Positions 30,055-39,341 of a DNA stretch of 64,000 bases are shown here, piece after piece (within the stretch, counting starts at the first letter, position 1; each line of letters starts with the position of its first letter). The stretch comes from Bacilli bacterium. GTDB lineage: Bacteria > Bacillota_I > Bacilli_A > RFN20 > CAG-826. The notes below the pieces were generated by a model. It did no database searches and was not told where the DNA came from. It saw only the letters and a list, made by a program, of their open reading frames with translations. Made by a program: the position numbers and the translations under genes. Location of the stretch: the NCBI GenBank assembly GCA_024408655.1, contig JAKSUV010000002.1, forward strand, positions 98,159 through 162,158, given 5' to 3'.

Positions 30055-30994
30055 GGTTTTCTTCCTCGTGACTATGACCAGTGATATTAATAAAGGCATC
30101 GTCCATCGTGCCTTTTAACACCTCAAAGTCGTTAATATAACGTGTATATTTTACAATTTTTTGTTTTAATGTCGAACGCTTGTTATGGAAAATCACATAA
30201 CCTTTTCTTTCATCATCATAGTGAAAATCTTCCTTTCCAAGTTTTAACGCTTTTTCAAAGGCAGGATTAATTTTGCCATAGGCAATAATATAGTCGTTTG
30301 TGTATTTATTCTTTAACTGAATCGGCGTACCATTCGCGATAATCTGACCACGATCAATCACTACCACATAACCCGCTTGTTCCGCTTCTTCTAGATAATG
30401 GGTAGTTAAGAAAACCGTCATCCCCGTTTCGCGACGAATCTTATCAATGAGCCGCCACACGGCTTGACGTGTCTTTGGATCAAGGCCAGTAGTCGGTTCA
30501 TCAAGGATTAAGAGTTTTGGTGAATGCACCATTGCGCGGGCGATATCAACCCGACGCTTCTGCCCACCCGAGAGTTGGGAAATCCGGCGTTTCATTAATT
30601 CGTCTAAGTCAAGGAGTTTCACGATATTAGCAATATTTTCTTTCCGTTGTTCTTTGCTAAGGGCATAGAAAGTGGCGCGAATCGCTAAATTATCTTTTAC
30701 CGTTAAATGTTGATCGAGCACGCTATTTTGGAAGACGATACCAATTTCGTTTTTGATTTTTTGGGCGTCTTTATCCAAATCTAAACCTTCGACATAAACC
30801 TTGCCAGCATCTTTCTTTAAAATCGTGCTAATGATGTTAATGGTCGTCGATTTACCAGCGCCATTAACGCCTAAAAAAGCGAAGAGACTACCTTTTTCAA
30901 CGTAAAAAGAAATGTCATTCACCGCTTTCACATGACCATAGCTTTTAACGAGGTTCTTCACCTCAACCGCGTATTTAACTATTTTCTTTGACAT
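30047..30994 (-). CDS. ABC transporter ATP-binding protein (ABC-2/Wzt-like, no C-terminal carbohydrate-binding domain)
   Basis: Walker A GVNGAGKST, signature LSGGQKRR, Walker B LILDEPT. Confidence 0.85.
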   Translation of the reverse strand: MSKKIVKYAVEVKNLVKSYGHVKAVNDISFYVEKGSLFAFLGVNGAGKSTTINIISTILKKDAGKVYVEGLDLDKDAQKIKNEIGIVFQNSVLDQHLTVKDNLAIRATFYALSKEQRKENIANIVKLLDLDELMKRRISQLSGGQKRRVDIARAMVHSPKLLILDEPTTGLDPKTRQAVWRLIDKIRRETGMTVFLTTHYLEEAEQAGYVVVIDRGQIIANGTPIQLKNKYTNDYIIAYGKINPAFEKALKLGKEDFHYDDERKGYVIFHNKRSTLKQKIVKYTRYINDFEVLKGTMDDAFINITGHSHEEENHG

Positions 30995-32288
30995 TCCGAT
31001 TAACGTCCTTCCATTTCGGTTTGCTTAATGTACCTATACATATTGTAACAGCATAAACGAATAAATAAGCAGGAAATAAAAATCCCGCGTCAAGCATTTC
31101 GCGTCTTTTTTTCGCTCCTAGTTTTTGATAATCACATAACACTAAGACAATCGCTTGGACAAAACCAAAGAGGACAAAAAGACCACCTAAAACACCCACC
31201 ATTCCCCAAATCGTATTAAAGAGTAGGGTCGTATAATAAGCCTGCGAGTAAAGAAAACCAACTTCAATAGTTCCATTACTTACTAACGCTAAGAAAGTAA
31301 AATCATAAATATAAAATAGCGGCATCCAAATACAAAGTAGTGGCGTAATAAATAAGAAGATATAAGTTAAAAACATTTCCATATAGGAAAGTCGACCGGT
31401 CTTAAAGAAACCAAAAAACATTTTACTTAATTTCGTCTTTAAAAGTTTGACGCCACCAGAACCAATTCGCTTATTACGGTTAACGGTATCTTCAAGCGTG
31501 GACGGCATATCTTCATAAACGACTGCGTCTTCGACAAAGTGCGCTTTTCTTCCTTCTAAGATACGGTTAAAACAAAATTCCGCATCATCAGAAATCGTCA
31601 CACAATCATAGCCACCCGTTTCTTTTAGTAAGCGTGTTGACATCGTCGCTCCACCGCCGTTTACGTGGGCAGAAACACCAATCCGCTCGCGCATTCGACT
31701 ACCATAACGAGAGTCAAACGAATAAAACATTGTGCACGCTTTCGTATAAAAGTTTTGGGGACCATTAAGACTTCCTTCGTAAGGTCTTAAGAAATCATAG
31801 CCACATTGATAAGCATCGTTCATTAACCGCGAAAAATTTGGTGAAATATGATTGTCCGCATCAAGGTGCACCACTAAATCATATTGGTTAAGTTTAAGAA
31901 TATGATCAATTCCGTATTTTAAAGGATAAAGTGCCATATGGTGCGCTGGATCAGGATCATTATGGATAAGGACAATGGCCCCGGCTGCTTTCGCTAACTT
32001 TGCGGTATCATCGGTGCAATTATCCGCCACGACAAATACATCATAATTTTCGCGGGCGTAGTCTTGATTATTTAAAACATCTTTGACCGTCGTAGCAATG
32101 ACATCCGCTTCGTTATGGGCGGGGATAAGATAAGCGATGCGACTCTTTTTTTCACTTGCTGGGTACGTTCTTTTTTTCACCCAACAAAAGAGAACATTAA
32201 AAACTTGAATGAGTAATGGGAAACCGATAATAATTAAAATAACGTAATTAATAATGCTCAAGATCCTATAAAGGATTTCGTACCACAT
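30975..32288 (-). CDS. membrane-embedded GT2 synthase-type glycosyltransferase (N-terminal TM + GT-A domain + C-terminal TM bundle)
   Basis: PAHNEADVI...DNCTDDT...DADN motifs with 4-5 C-terminal TMs. Architecture resembles processive polysaccharide synthases. Confidence 0.75.
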   Translation of the reverse strand: MWYEILYRILSIINYVILIIIGFPLLIQVFNVLFCWVKKRTYPASEKKSRIAYLIPAHNEADVIATTVKDVLNNQDYARENYDVFVVADNCTDDTAKLAKAAGAIVLIHNDPDPAHHMALYPLKYGIDHILKLNQYDLVVHLDADNHISPNFSRLMNDAYQCGYDFLRPYEGSLNGPQNFYTKACTMFYSFDSRYGSRMRERIGVSAHVNGGGATMSTRLLKETGGYDCVTISDDAEFCFNRILEGRKAHFVEDAVVYEDMPSTLEDTVNRNKRIGSGGVKLLKTKLSKMFFGFFKTGRLSYMEMFLTYIFLFITPLLCIWMPLFYIYDFTFLALVSNGTIEVGFLYSQAYYTTLLFNTIWGMVGVLGGLFVLFGFVQAIVLVLCDYQKLGAKKRREMLDAGFLFPAYLFVYAVTICIGTLSKPKWKDVNRNVKENS

Positions 32289-32335
32289 ATTAGTAATAAT
32301 TTACCATTTTAAACGCAAAAACTCAACGCGCACGA

Positions 32336-33607
32336 CTAGTGAAGATAACGCTTAATGCGATTAGTAATTGCTTGCGCACGCTTATAAATATTAAATACGT
32401 CTTCTTTTAAATAGAATTTTTGATTGTAATAAAGGATCTTGCCATTGATCATTGTCATCTTCACGTCAAGTTTATTACCCGCGTAGACTAAATTGCGCAC
32501 AATGTTATTAAGGGGCTGCATATCGGGACGCGATAAATCAATCATAATCATATCCGCTTTTTGGCCTTTGGCTAAATAGAGCGAACGATTAAAGCCAAGC
32601 ATCTTGGCACTATTTACCGTCGCCATTTTTAATACTTCAAAAGCGCTTAAACTCGCTGGATCTTTTTCCCGGTACTTTGATAACACCGAAACTAAATACA
32701 TTTCGCGGAACATATCAAGCGCGTTATTACTCGCAGGGCCATCCGTACCAATCGCCACATTAATTCCGGCCTTATAAAGATATTTAATCGGCGCAATGCC
32801 GCTCGCTAATTTTAGATTACTGCATGGACAAGAACACACCGAAACGTGTTTCGCTTTTAAAACTTCAACGTCTTCTTTGGTGAGATAGACACCATGATAA
32901 ATACCACCACCATAATCAAATAAGCCGAGTTTTGCTAAATAACAAATGACGGATAGGTTATGCTCTTTTCGGCAATCATCTGATTCTTTTAAAGTTTCGG
33001 CCGCGTGGATATAAATTGGTTCTTTTATTTCGTGAACTAATTTTGATAATATTTTTAACTCTTCTTCGCTACTCGTGTATTGGGCGTGAGTCCCTAAACC
33101 ATACTTAACTAAACAGTCTTTACCCCGCGTTGATAAAACTAGATCACGCGACACCGCAAAATTATTGCGAGCGCAATTTGGTAAGCAGTACACGCGGGCG
33201 CGCATCCCAATGTCCTCGCACGCGTGGACGATTTCAGGAGGAAAATAATAATGTTCCGCGGCGGCGGTTACCCCACTCGTTAAATATTCAAGTAAACCAA
33301 GTTTTGTCAGATGATAAACGTCATCAGTTTGAAAATGGGTTTCCGACGGAAAGACAATTTGATTAAGCCATTTATCTAACGCGAGGTCGTCCGATAAACT
33401 CCGTAAATAAACCATCGCCGAATGCGAATGAGCGCTTTTTAAGCCTGGCATTAAAAGGTTACCTTCACAATCAATCACCTTATCCGCCCTGACATTAATT
33501 TTTTTTGCCACTTGGGCGATTTCTTCGCCATTAACTAAAACTTCACCACGAATAACGCGGTCATTTTTCATTGTGAGAATTAACGCGTTTTTAAATAAAA
33601 TCTTCAT
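32336..33607 (-). CDS. amidohydrolase-family deaminase (MtaD / SAH-MTA / nucleobase deaminase-like)
   Basis: 423 aa with the HSHSAM metal-binding motif and an amidohydrolase_1 fold. Confidence 0.7.
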   Translation of the reverse strand: MKILFKNALILTMKNDRVIRGEVLVNGEEIAQVAKKINVRADKVIDCEGNLLMPGLKSAHSHSAMVYLRSLSDDLALDKWLNQIVFPSETHFQTDDVYHLTKLGLLEYLTSGVTAAAEHYYFPPEIVHACEDIGMRARVYCLPNCARNNFAVSRDLVLSTRGKDCLVKYGLGTHAQYTSSEEELKILSKLVHEIKEPIYIHAAETLKESDDCRKEHNLSVICYLAKLGLFDYGGGIYHGVYLTKEDVEVLKAKHVSVCSCPCSNLKLASGIAPIKYLYKAGINVAIGTDGPASNNALDMFREMYLVSVLSKYREKDPASLSAFEVLKMATVNSAKMLGFNRSLYLAKGQKADMIMIDLSRPDMQPLNNIVRNLVYAGNKLDVKMTMINGKILYYNQKFYLKEDVFNIYKRAQAITNRIKRYLH

Positions 33608-33612
33608 AACGA

Positions 33613-35202
33613 TTATTCGTCTTTTAATTGTTTTTCGTCGACTTTCCCAATTAAGGTTTTGGGTAGACTATCAACATAGATAATTTTCTTTGGTAATGCA
33701 TATACCGAAAATTTATCTTTGATAAAAGCCCGTAATTCATCATCATAATTCGCGTCCTTCGCGTTTCGGTCAAGTACAACATATAAATTAATCATACCGC
33801 CACGCTTTTCATCATTAATTGCTTTCGCATAACACATATGGACATAAGGGAGCGAAGAAACCGCGTTTTCAATTTCGGCGGGGAAAATATTAATACCGTT
33901 AACTTTAATAATTCGTTTTAGGCGTTGGACAAAATAAACATATCCATCTTTATCAACTTTTCCATAGTCACCGGTTTTTAACCAACGCACACCATGTTTA
34001 TCGATAAAGAAGGGATCAGTTTTACTTGTTTCAAAACGATAACCATTCATGAGCGTTTCACCATTCACATATAGTTCACCATGAATATCCGGTGGAAGCT
34101 TAGTTTCATTATCAAACGCCGCGACTTCGACAAACGGAATTGGACGACCGACGCTCCCTTGTCGGTTCTGTGGATGAGTATTAACGGTACAAACCGTTAC
34201 TGTTTCCGTTAAGCCATAGCCTTCAAATAAACGAGCGCGAGCGCCGGCTTCTTGCATCCGCCGATTAAAACGTTTAACTAACGAGTCACTAACAAAATCG
34301 CCACCCACGAAAGCGTTACCGATGTTATGGACGGTGTCGCCAGCAAAGTCCTTATTGGCTAAAAGGGCTTCGTATAGAATTGGTACACCAATAAGCGTAT
34401 GAATTAAATTACGATTGAGATACTTAACCGTTTCTTTGGTTTTAAATTTCGGCATAAGAACATTGAACGCACCATTCATTAAACAAGCATGGATGCCCAT
34501 ACATAAGCCAAAACCATGGAACATTGGTAAAACCGAAAGCATACCATGATTATCAGCCGATTTTAGATCAAGAATTTTTAAACCGGAAATGGCCAAAGCG
34601 TTTAACGCAAAACTAGATAAGGCGATAGTTTTTGGTATTCCCGTCGTACCACCACTATGAAGATAGAAAGCGTCTTTTTGGTAGTCACGATCATAATCAA
34701 CTAACGCCTCTTTCGCTAAAAATTTATGAACAAATTGTTCCCGAATGTGACGTTGATAACGAGCGTAATAAATCGCTTTAACAAAAATATCTTGATCACT
34801 TACTGGAGAAACAGCAATAATTTGTACACCATCTTCTTTAAGCGGTTGTAAGTCCTTTATCCGTTGATCAAGGGCAAAAATAATTTTGCTATTCGCTTTC
34901 TTCATGATTTCGCGTAATTGTTCGCAACTCATTAACGGATGGATTAAATTGGCAATCGCGCCAATTTGGTTGACCGCGTAAAGTAAATAAACAGCGAACG
35001 GAATATTCGGTAACATGATGGTAATCACATCATCTTTCTTGTAACCGTATTTAGTTAAAGCAAACGCGAGACGATTAACGCGGTCTAAAACTTGTTTATA
35101 AGTGTAATGACGAAAGCGATACACTAAAGCAGTTTTGTTAAGGTTTGCTTGGGCAGCCGTTTTAAAAGCCGAATAAATCGTTTGGTTTTTCGTTAAAATC
35201 AT
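33613..35202 (-). CDS. AMP-dependent synthetase/ligase (adenylate-forming enzyme)
   Basis: 529 aa. SGGTTGIPK (A3 motif) and YGLTE (A5). Confidence 0.8.
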   Translation of the reverse strand: MILTKNQTIYSAFKTAAQANLNKTALVYRFRHYTYKQVLDRVNRLAFALTKYGYKKDDVITIMLPNIPFAVYLLYAVNQIGAIANLIHPLMSCEQLREIMKKANSKIIFALDQRIKDLQPLKEDGVQIIAVSPVSDQDIFVKAIYYARYQRHIREQFVHKFLAKEALVDYDRDYQKDAFYLHSGGTTGIPKTIALSSFALNALAISGLKILDLKSADNHGMLSVLPMFHGFGLCMGIHACLMNGAFNVLMPKFKTKETVKYLNRNLIHTLIGVPILYEALLANKDFAGDTVHNIGNAFVGGDFVSDSLVKRFNRRMQEAGARARLFEGYGLTETVTVCTVNTHPQNRQGSVGRPIPFVEVAAFDNETKLPPDIHGELYVNGETLMNGYRFETSKTDPFFIDKHGVRWLKTGDYGKVDKDGYVYFVQRLKRIIKVNGINIFPAEIENAVSSLPYVHMCYAKAINDEKRGGMINLYVVLDRNAKDANYDDELRAFIKDKFSVYALPKKIIYVDSLPKTLIGKVDEKQLKDE

Positions 35203-36290
35203 AATGGTAAATTAAGTTTAAATCCTAATCCTAATAAAATAATGCCGATAATTAATATTAAAGCAATTTGGTGTAATAAATAAACAAAAATCGAATAATG
35301 ACCGAGGAAGGAAATACCTTCGCGAAGACCAAGTAATGGGCTAATAAGCCCATAATTTAAGGCTTTTGGCCGATAATGTTGACGAATATAACGATTGGAA
35401 TATTTTTCTAAACGGTGGGTTGTTACCAGTTGATTAATCTCTTTTTTTGCAAAATCGATTTTCGCTTTTTCCTTTGGTGGTACTTCGATTAAATATTTAA
35501 TTTGGTGTTGACGGTACGTATATGTACAATCCACTTGGTTATTATTTTGCTTATAATGAAATTGACTAAAAGTGTGTGAGGTAAATAGACTAACCCGGTC
35601 GTGATAGATAATTTCGCCTAGGAACGCACCGATAAACATCAGACCTAGATAAGGGAAAAGTGGTAACCAATCGGCAGCGTTTACATCTTGTTTTGCTCCA
35701 ATAATCACAAAGAACCAATTGCCGTTTTTTAGATCATACGCGTAATTAGGCCCACGAAGAGTCCACACCCCAAACATCACACCGATGGGGATAATCATTA
35801 AACCAAGGCCAAGGATAATCCATTTAAAATCACCTAGTCGCTTTGGTTGTAGTTTCGTAAAGATAAAACGAAGTAACCAATAAAGAAGGATCGATAGACC
35901 AAAACACGAAATAGCGCCAAAAAATACATACATATTCTCACCCGTAATTTTTGAAAAAATTAAAAAGCCAATATCAACTAAGATACCAACCCCAAAGATT
36001 AATAATCCCCGCTTTAAATTATTGCGTGAAAAATAAGAAGAAATACCGCTGATTAAAAAGAAAAGAGATAACACAATAAACCGACCATAAATCCGGACTG
36101 GCCACTCCCAATACCAATCCGCAAATTGACAAATGGGCGCATCAATCGGGAAATTAAAGAAAGAAGTAAAAATGCCACCCCAACTCGTGAAGTCATAGAA
36201 AAAATGATCCACCACCATAAAAAGAATTAAAAAGCCACGCAGAAAATCAATCTCGGTAATACGGGCAGGTTTTAACACACGAGGACGCAT
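35199..36290 (-). CDS. acyltransferase family 3 membrane protein
   Basis: ITEIDFLRGFLILFMVVDH N-terminal motif (conserved R/H), about 9 TMs and a C-terminal cytoplasmic tail. Overlaps the ligase gene by 4 nt. Confidence 0.65.
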   Translation of the reverse strand: MRPRVLKPARITEIDFLRGFLILFMVVDHFFYDFTSWGGIFTSFFNFPIDAPICQFADWYWEWPVRIYGRFIVLSLFFLISGISSYFSRNNLKRGLLIFGVGILVDIGFLIFSKITGENMYVFFGAISCFGLSILLYWLLRFIFTKLQPKRLGDFKWIILGLGLMIIPIGVMFGVWTLRGPNYAYDLKNGNWFFVIIGAKQDVNAADWLPLFPYLGLMFIGAFLGEIIYHDRVSLFTSHTFSQFHYKQNNNQVDCTYTYRQHQIKYLIEVPPKEKAKIDFAKKEINQLVTTHRLEKYSNRYIRQHYRPKALNYGLISPLLGLREGISFLGHYSIFVYLLHQIALILIIGIILLGLGFKLNLPL

Positions 36291-36337
36291 AAATAACCTT
36301 ATTAATAAGGTTATACTGAATTAACATTAAAAACAAC

Positions 36338-37030
36338 TTAATAATTAAGTGCACTAAGGAGCATCGAGATGAGCATTAAAAGTTCGCCGAGCATTAGAAG
36401 TGCACTATTTAACCATAACGAATAAGCTAACGGCGAAACCACTGGACGAACATGCGAAACCGTTCCGTCTTGATTGGTTTTCTTATCAAGGCGCGCCCAA
36501 TCTTTGAGTTTTGGATTAAGCATCAAGATGGCGGTAAGGCCGGCAAAGAATAATGCAAAGGCGCCGATTACTTTAAAGGCAATATGCGTATAAAGTGAAC
36601 TTAATGAAAGGATGCCAAGCGTTCCGTTACTCATCAAGACAAAGGCAAAATTTAAAATAACGTAAAGCTTAAATTGGGATAAGAAATTTGGCTTTAACAT
36701 AAAGATAATTAATGTACTAATAAGACCAAGGATAAAGAAAATACCCACCGTTATCGCAAACACTAAATTCGTAATTTCCTTACGGAAAGTGACAACAAAC
36801 AAGATGACAATCGCTAAACTTAAACCAAATAAAATTAAAAGGAAAATACGGAAGAACGAGGATTGCCGCAAAGTCTTTTGGTAATAAAGTTCAAACGGAA
36901 AATAGCGACGGAAAGAAAACTTTAATCCATTAAGACGGAAAGTCGATTTCGCCGATAAAATGACTAACGCAACCGCAAACAAAAGGAGAAAAATAAAAGC
37001 GAGTGGTAAGGAAAAATGAAAGTTAGCCAT
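36338..37030 (-). CDS. hypothetical integral membrane protein
   Basis: 230 aa with 6-7 TMs and no recognisable motif. Confidence 0.5.
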   Translation of the reverse strand: MANFHFSLPLAFIFLLLFAVALVILSAKSTFRLNGLKFSFRRYFPFELYYQKTLRQSSFFRIFLLILFGLSLAIVILFVVTFRKEITNLVFAITVGIFFILGLISTLIIFMLKPNFLSQFKLYVILNFAFVLMSNGTLGILSLSSLYTHIAFKVIGAFALFFAGLTAILMLNPKLKDWARLDKKTNQDGTVSHVRPVVSPLAYSLWLNSALLMLGELLMLISMLLSALNY

Positions 37031-37697
37031 GTTGGCACGCCACTATAATTTTTTGGTAGCGATCTTTTAAATCAGCGTGACCAAAAAGATAGGTCCCCAT
37101 CACTAATAAATCAGCGCCCGCGACATAGCAATCGTGGCCGGTAATATCGTTAATTCCGCCATCAACTTCGATCAAAGTTTTAAGATGATTAGCATCAATA
37201 TATTCACGACATTGTTTAATTTTATTTAAAGCATCAGGCATAAACGATTGTCCGCCAAGACCCGGTTCAACGCTCATAATTAACACTTGGTCAAGCATTG
37301 GTAAGAACGGAATAATTTTCTCAACTGGTGTACGCGGTTTAATGCTCATACCAACTTTCACTCCTAATTTACGGATAGCGTCGATGCAATCAACACGCGT
37401 AACATCATCTTTGACTGCTTCGTAATGAAAAGTAATAATCTCCGCGCCCCGCTTAGCGTATTCTTTCGCGTATTCGTATGGATCAGCCGTCATTAAATGA
37501 ACATCGTTAAGAACGTGATGCATCTTTTTCACACGCGAAAAATCATCAAAACTAAACGATTCGTGACCGATAAATTTCTTATCCATCACATCAAAGTGAA
37601 TATATTTCGCGCCTAACGCTACCACTTGATTAATGGCCGACTGTAAATCGTTTTTATTAACGGATAATAAACTCGGAGCAATATAAACTGGGCGCAT
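37023..37697 (-). CDS. rpe: ribulose-phosphate 3-epimerase
   Basis: Rpe TIM barrel (IAPSLLS...HFDVMD...GGIN). ATG placed at MRPVYIAPS; the listed ORF extension begins with TTG. Confidence 0.85.
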   Translation of the reverse strand: MRPVYIAPSLLSVNKNDLQSAINQVVALGAKYIHFDVMDKKFIGHESFSFDDFSRVKKMHHVLNDVHLMTADPYEYAKEYAKRGAEIITFHYEAVKDDVTRVDCIDAIRKLGVKVGMSIKPRTPVEKIIPFLPMLDQVLIMSVEPGLGGQSFMPDALNKIKQCREYIDANHLKTLIEVDGGINDITGHDCYVAGADLLVMGTYLFGHADLKDRYQKIIVACQHG

Positions 37698-37701
37698 AAT
37701 T

Positions 37702-38586
37702 TTAACGGAAACCAAATAAACGTTGGAAGAAACTACGGTACTTCGTATATTTTTTCTTATTCGCTAGTACCTCAAGTAAATCTTCCTTCATCGCTCGTGC
37801 ACTTTGGTAACGTTCCTCCAGATTTTTCATCGTCGCTTTTAGAATAATCTTTTCAATTGGTTTAGGCAAATCATTCGCAATCGCACTCGGAAGCGGGAAC
37901 GCATTATTAACGTGCATTAAAGCCACGTTTAACGGATTAGCGTCATTAAACGGAACTTGCCGCGTAACGAGTTCATAGAAAGTAACTCCCAGTGAATAGA
38001 TATCCGCTTGTTTACTAATTTGGGGAATCCGGGCAACGAGTTCTGGCGCCATATAGTGAACGCTTCCCATTAAGGCCACATCTTCACGCGTCTTGTGCGC
38101 TAAATCAATTGCGATGCCAAAATCCGCGAGTTTAACCGTGCCGTCATAAAAACAATAGATATTGTCTGGCTTGATGTCCCGGTGCACGATACTATGCATG
38201 TGAAGGTAAGTTAAAACATCACACACCTGGATCATGATTTCGCAAATTTCGATATAAGTTAATTTACTTCCTAGCTTAATTTTTTCGCCAAGAGTTTGGC
38301 CGTTAATGTATTCAAGCACGATGTAAGGACGATTCTCGTAAGTGCCAGAATCGTAGGCTTTAACAATGTTCGGATGAGACAATTTACTGGCAATATTCGC
38401 TTCACGCGTAAAACGACGAACATTATCTTGATTATCAATTAGTGATTCTAAAATAAACTTTACCGCACAATGACGTTTGTTAACTATATCGTAGGCTTCG
38501 TAAACTTCGGCTGTGCCACCTTGCGCAACGCGCGAAACGAGCCGGTAACGATTATTAATTTTTAAACCAATATCAATTTTACTCAT
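37702..38586 (-). CDS. prkC: Ser/Thr protein kinase (Hanks-type, minimal, no TM/PASTA)
   Basis: 294 aa. VAIK-like AVK, HRDIKPDN, DFG, APE motifs. Confidence 0.85.
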   Translation of the reverse strand: MSKIDIGLKINNRYRLVSRVAQGGTAEVYEAYDIVNKRHCAVKFILESLIDNQDNVRRFTREANIASKLSHPNIVKAYDSGTYENRPYIVLEYINGQTLGEKIKLGSKLTYIEICEIMIQVCDVLTYLHMHSIVHRDIKPDNIYCFYDGTVKLADFGIAIDLAHKTREDVALMGSVHYMAPELVARIPQISKQADIYSLGVTFYELVTRQVPFNDANPLNVALMHVNNAFPLPSAIANDLPKPIEKIILKATMKNLEERYQSARAMKEDLLEVLANKKKYTKYRSFFQRLFGFR

Positions 38587-39341
38587 GCCACTGTCCTCAT
38601 TAAATAGGCAACACCAATATTATCAGTTCCACCCCTAAGATTTGCCTGCCGAATTAATTTTTTCACTTTCTCTTCGGGCGTTAACATTGAGCGCATAATC
38701 GTTTGCATCTCGTCTAGTGTCACATTGTTATATAAGCCATCGCTACAAAGCAAAAGCATTCCCGAGGTAAAGCGATAAGCCCGCGACATAAAATAGGAAG
38801 GGGCTGGATAAATGCCAAGGGCATTATAAATAATGTTTTTATCCTTGTGCTCCGCTTTTTCTTCGTCTTTAATCTGACCAGAACGCGCTAAATAATCAAC
38901 TAAACTTTGATCTTCGCTAATGCAGGTTAATTGATCTTGGCCGAGTAGATAGGCCCGGGAATCACCAGCGTTAGCCACTAGCATTTTATCGTGATGAATT
39001 AGCACGACCACGAGCGTGGTCCCCATTCCTTTATATAAAGGCGAAGTTAATGACGCCTCGTAAATAATTTTGTTCGCTTGAGCGATATGATATTGAAGCC
39101 AAATACGGGCAAGGGTAAAAGTTAAGAAACCTTTATTCTTCTTAAATTCTTCGGTTAAATAATCGGCGGCTAGTTTGGATGCATAGTCGCCTTTTTGTGC
39201 CCCACCAACGCCATCGGCGATTAATAGCAAAATGTCGCGTTTAACATTACGCACAATGTGGGCTTGATCTTGGTTAGACATCCGGACTCGACCAAGATCC
39301 GTCTTATAAGCAAATTGATCTAAATAACGCAGTTTAGCCAT
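38583..39341 (-). CDS. prpC: PP2C-family Ser/Thr phosphatase
   Basis: 252 aa with the DGVGG and GTTL motifs. Confidence 0.85.
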   Translation of the reverse strand: MAKLRYLDQFAYKTDLGRVRMSNQDQAHIVRNVKRDILLLIADGVGGAQKGDYASKLAADYLTEEFKKNKGFLTFTLARIWLQYHIAQANKIIYEASLTSPLYKGMGTTLVVVLIHHDKMLVANAGDSRAYLLGQDQLTCISEDQSLVDYLARSGQIKDEEKAEHKDKNIIYNALGIYPAPSYFMSRAYRFTSGMLLLCSDGLYNNVTLDEMQTIMRSMLTPEEKVKKLIRQANLRGGTDNIGVAYLMRTVA

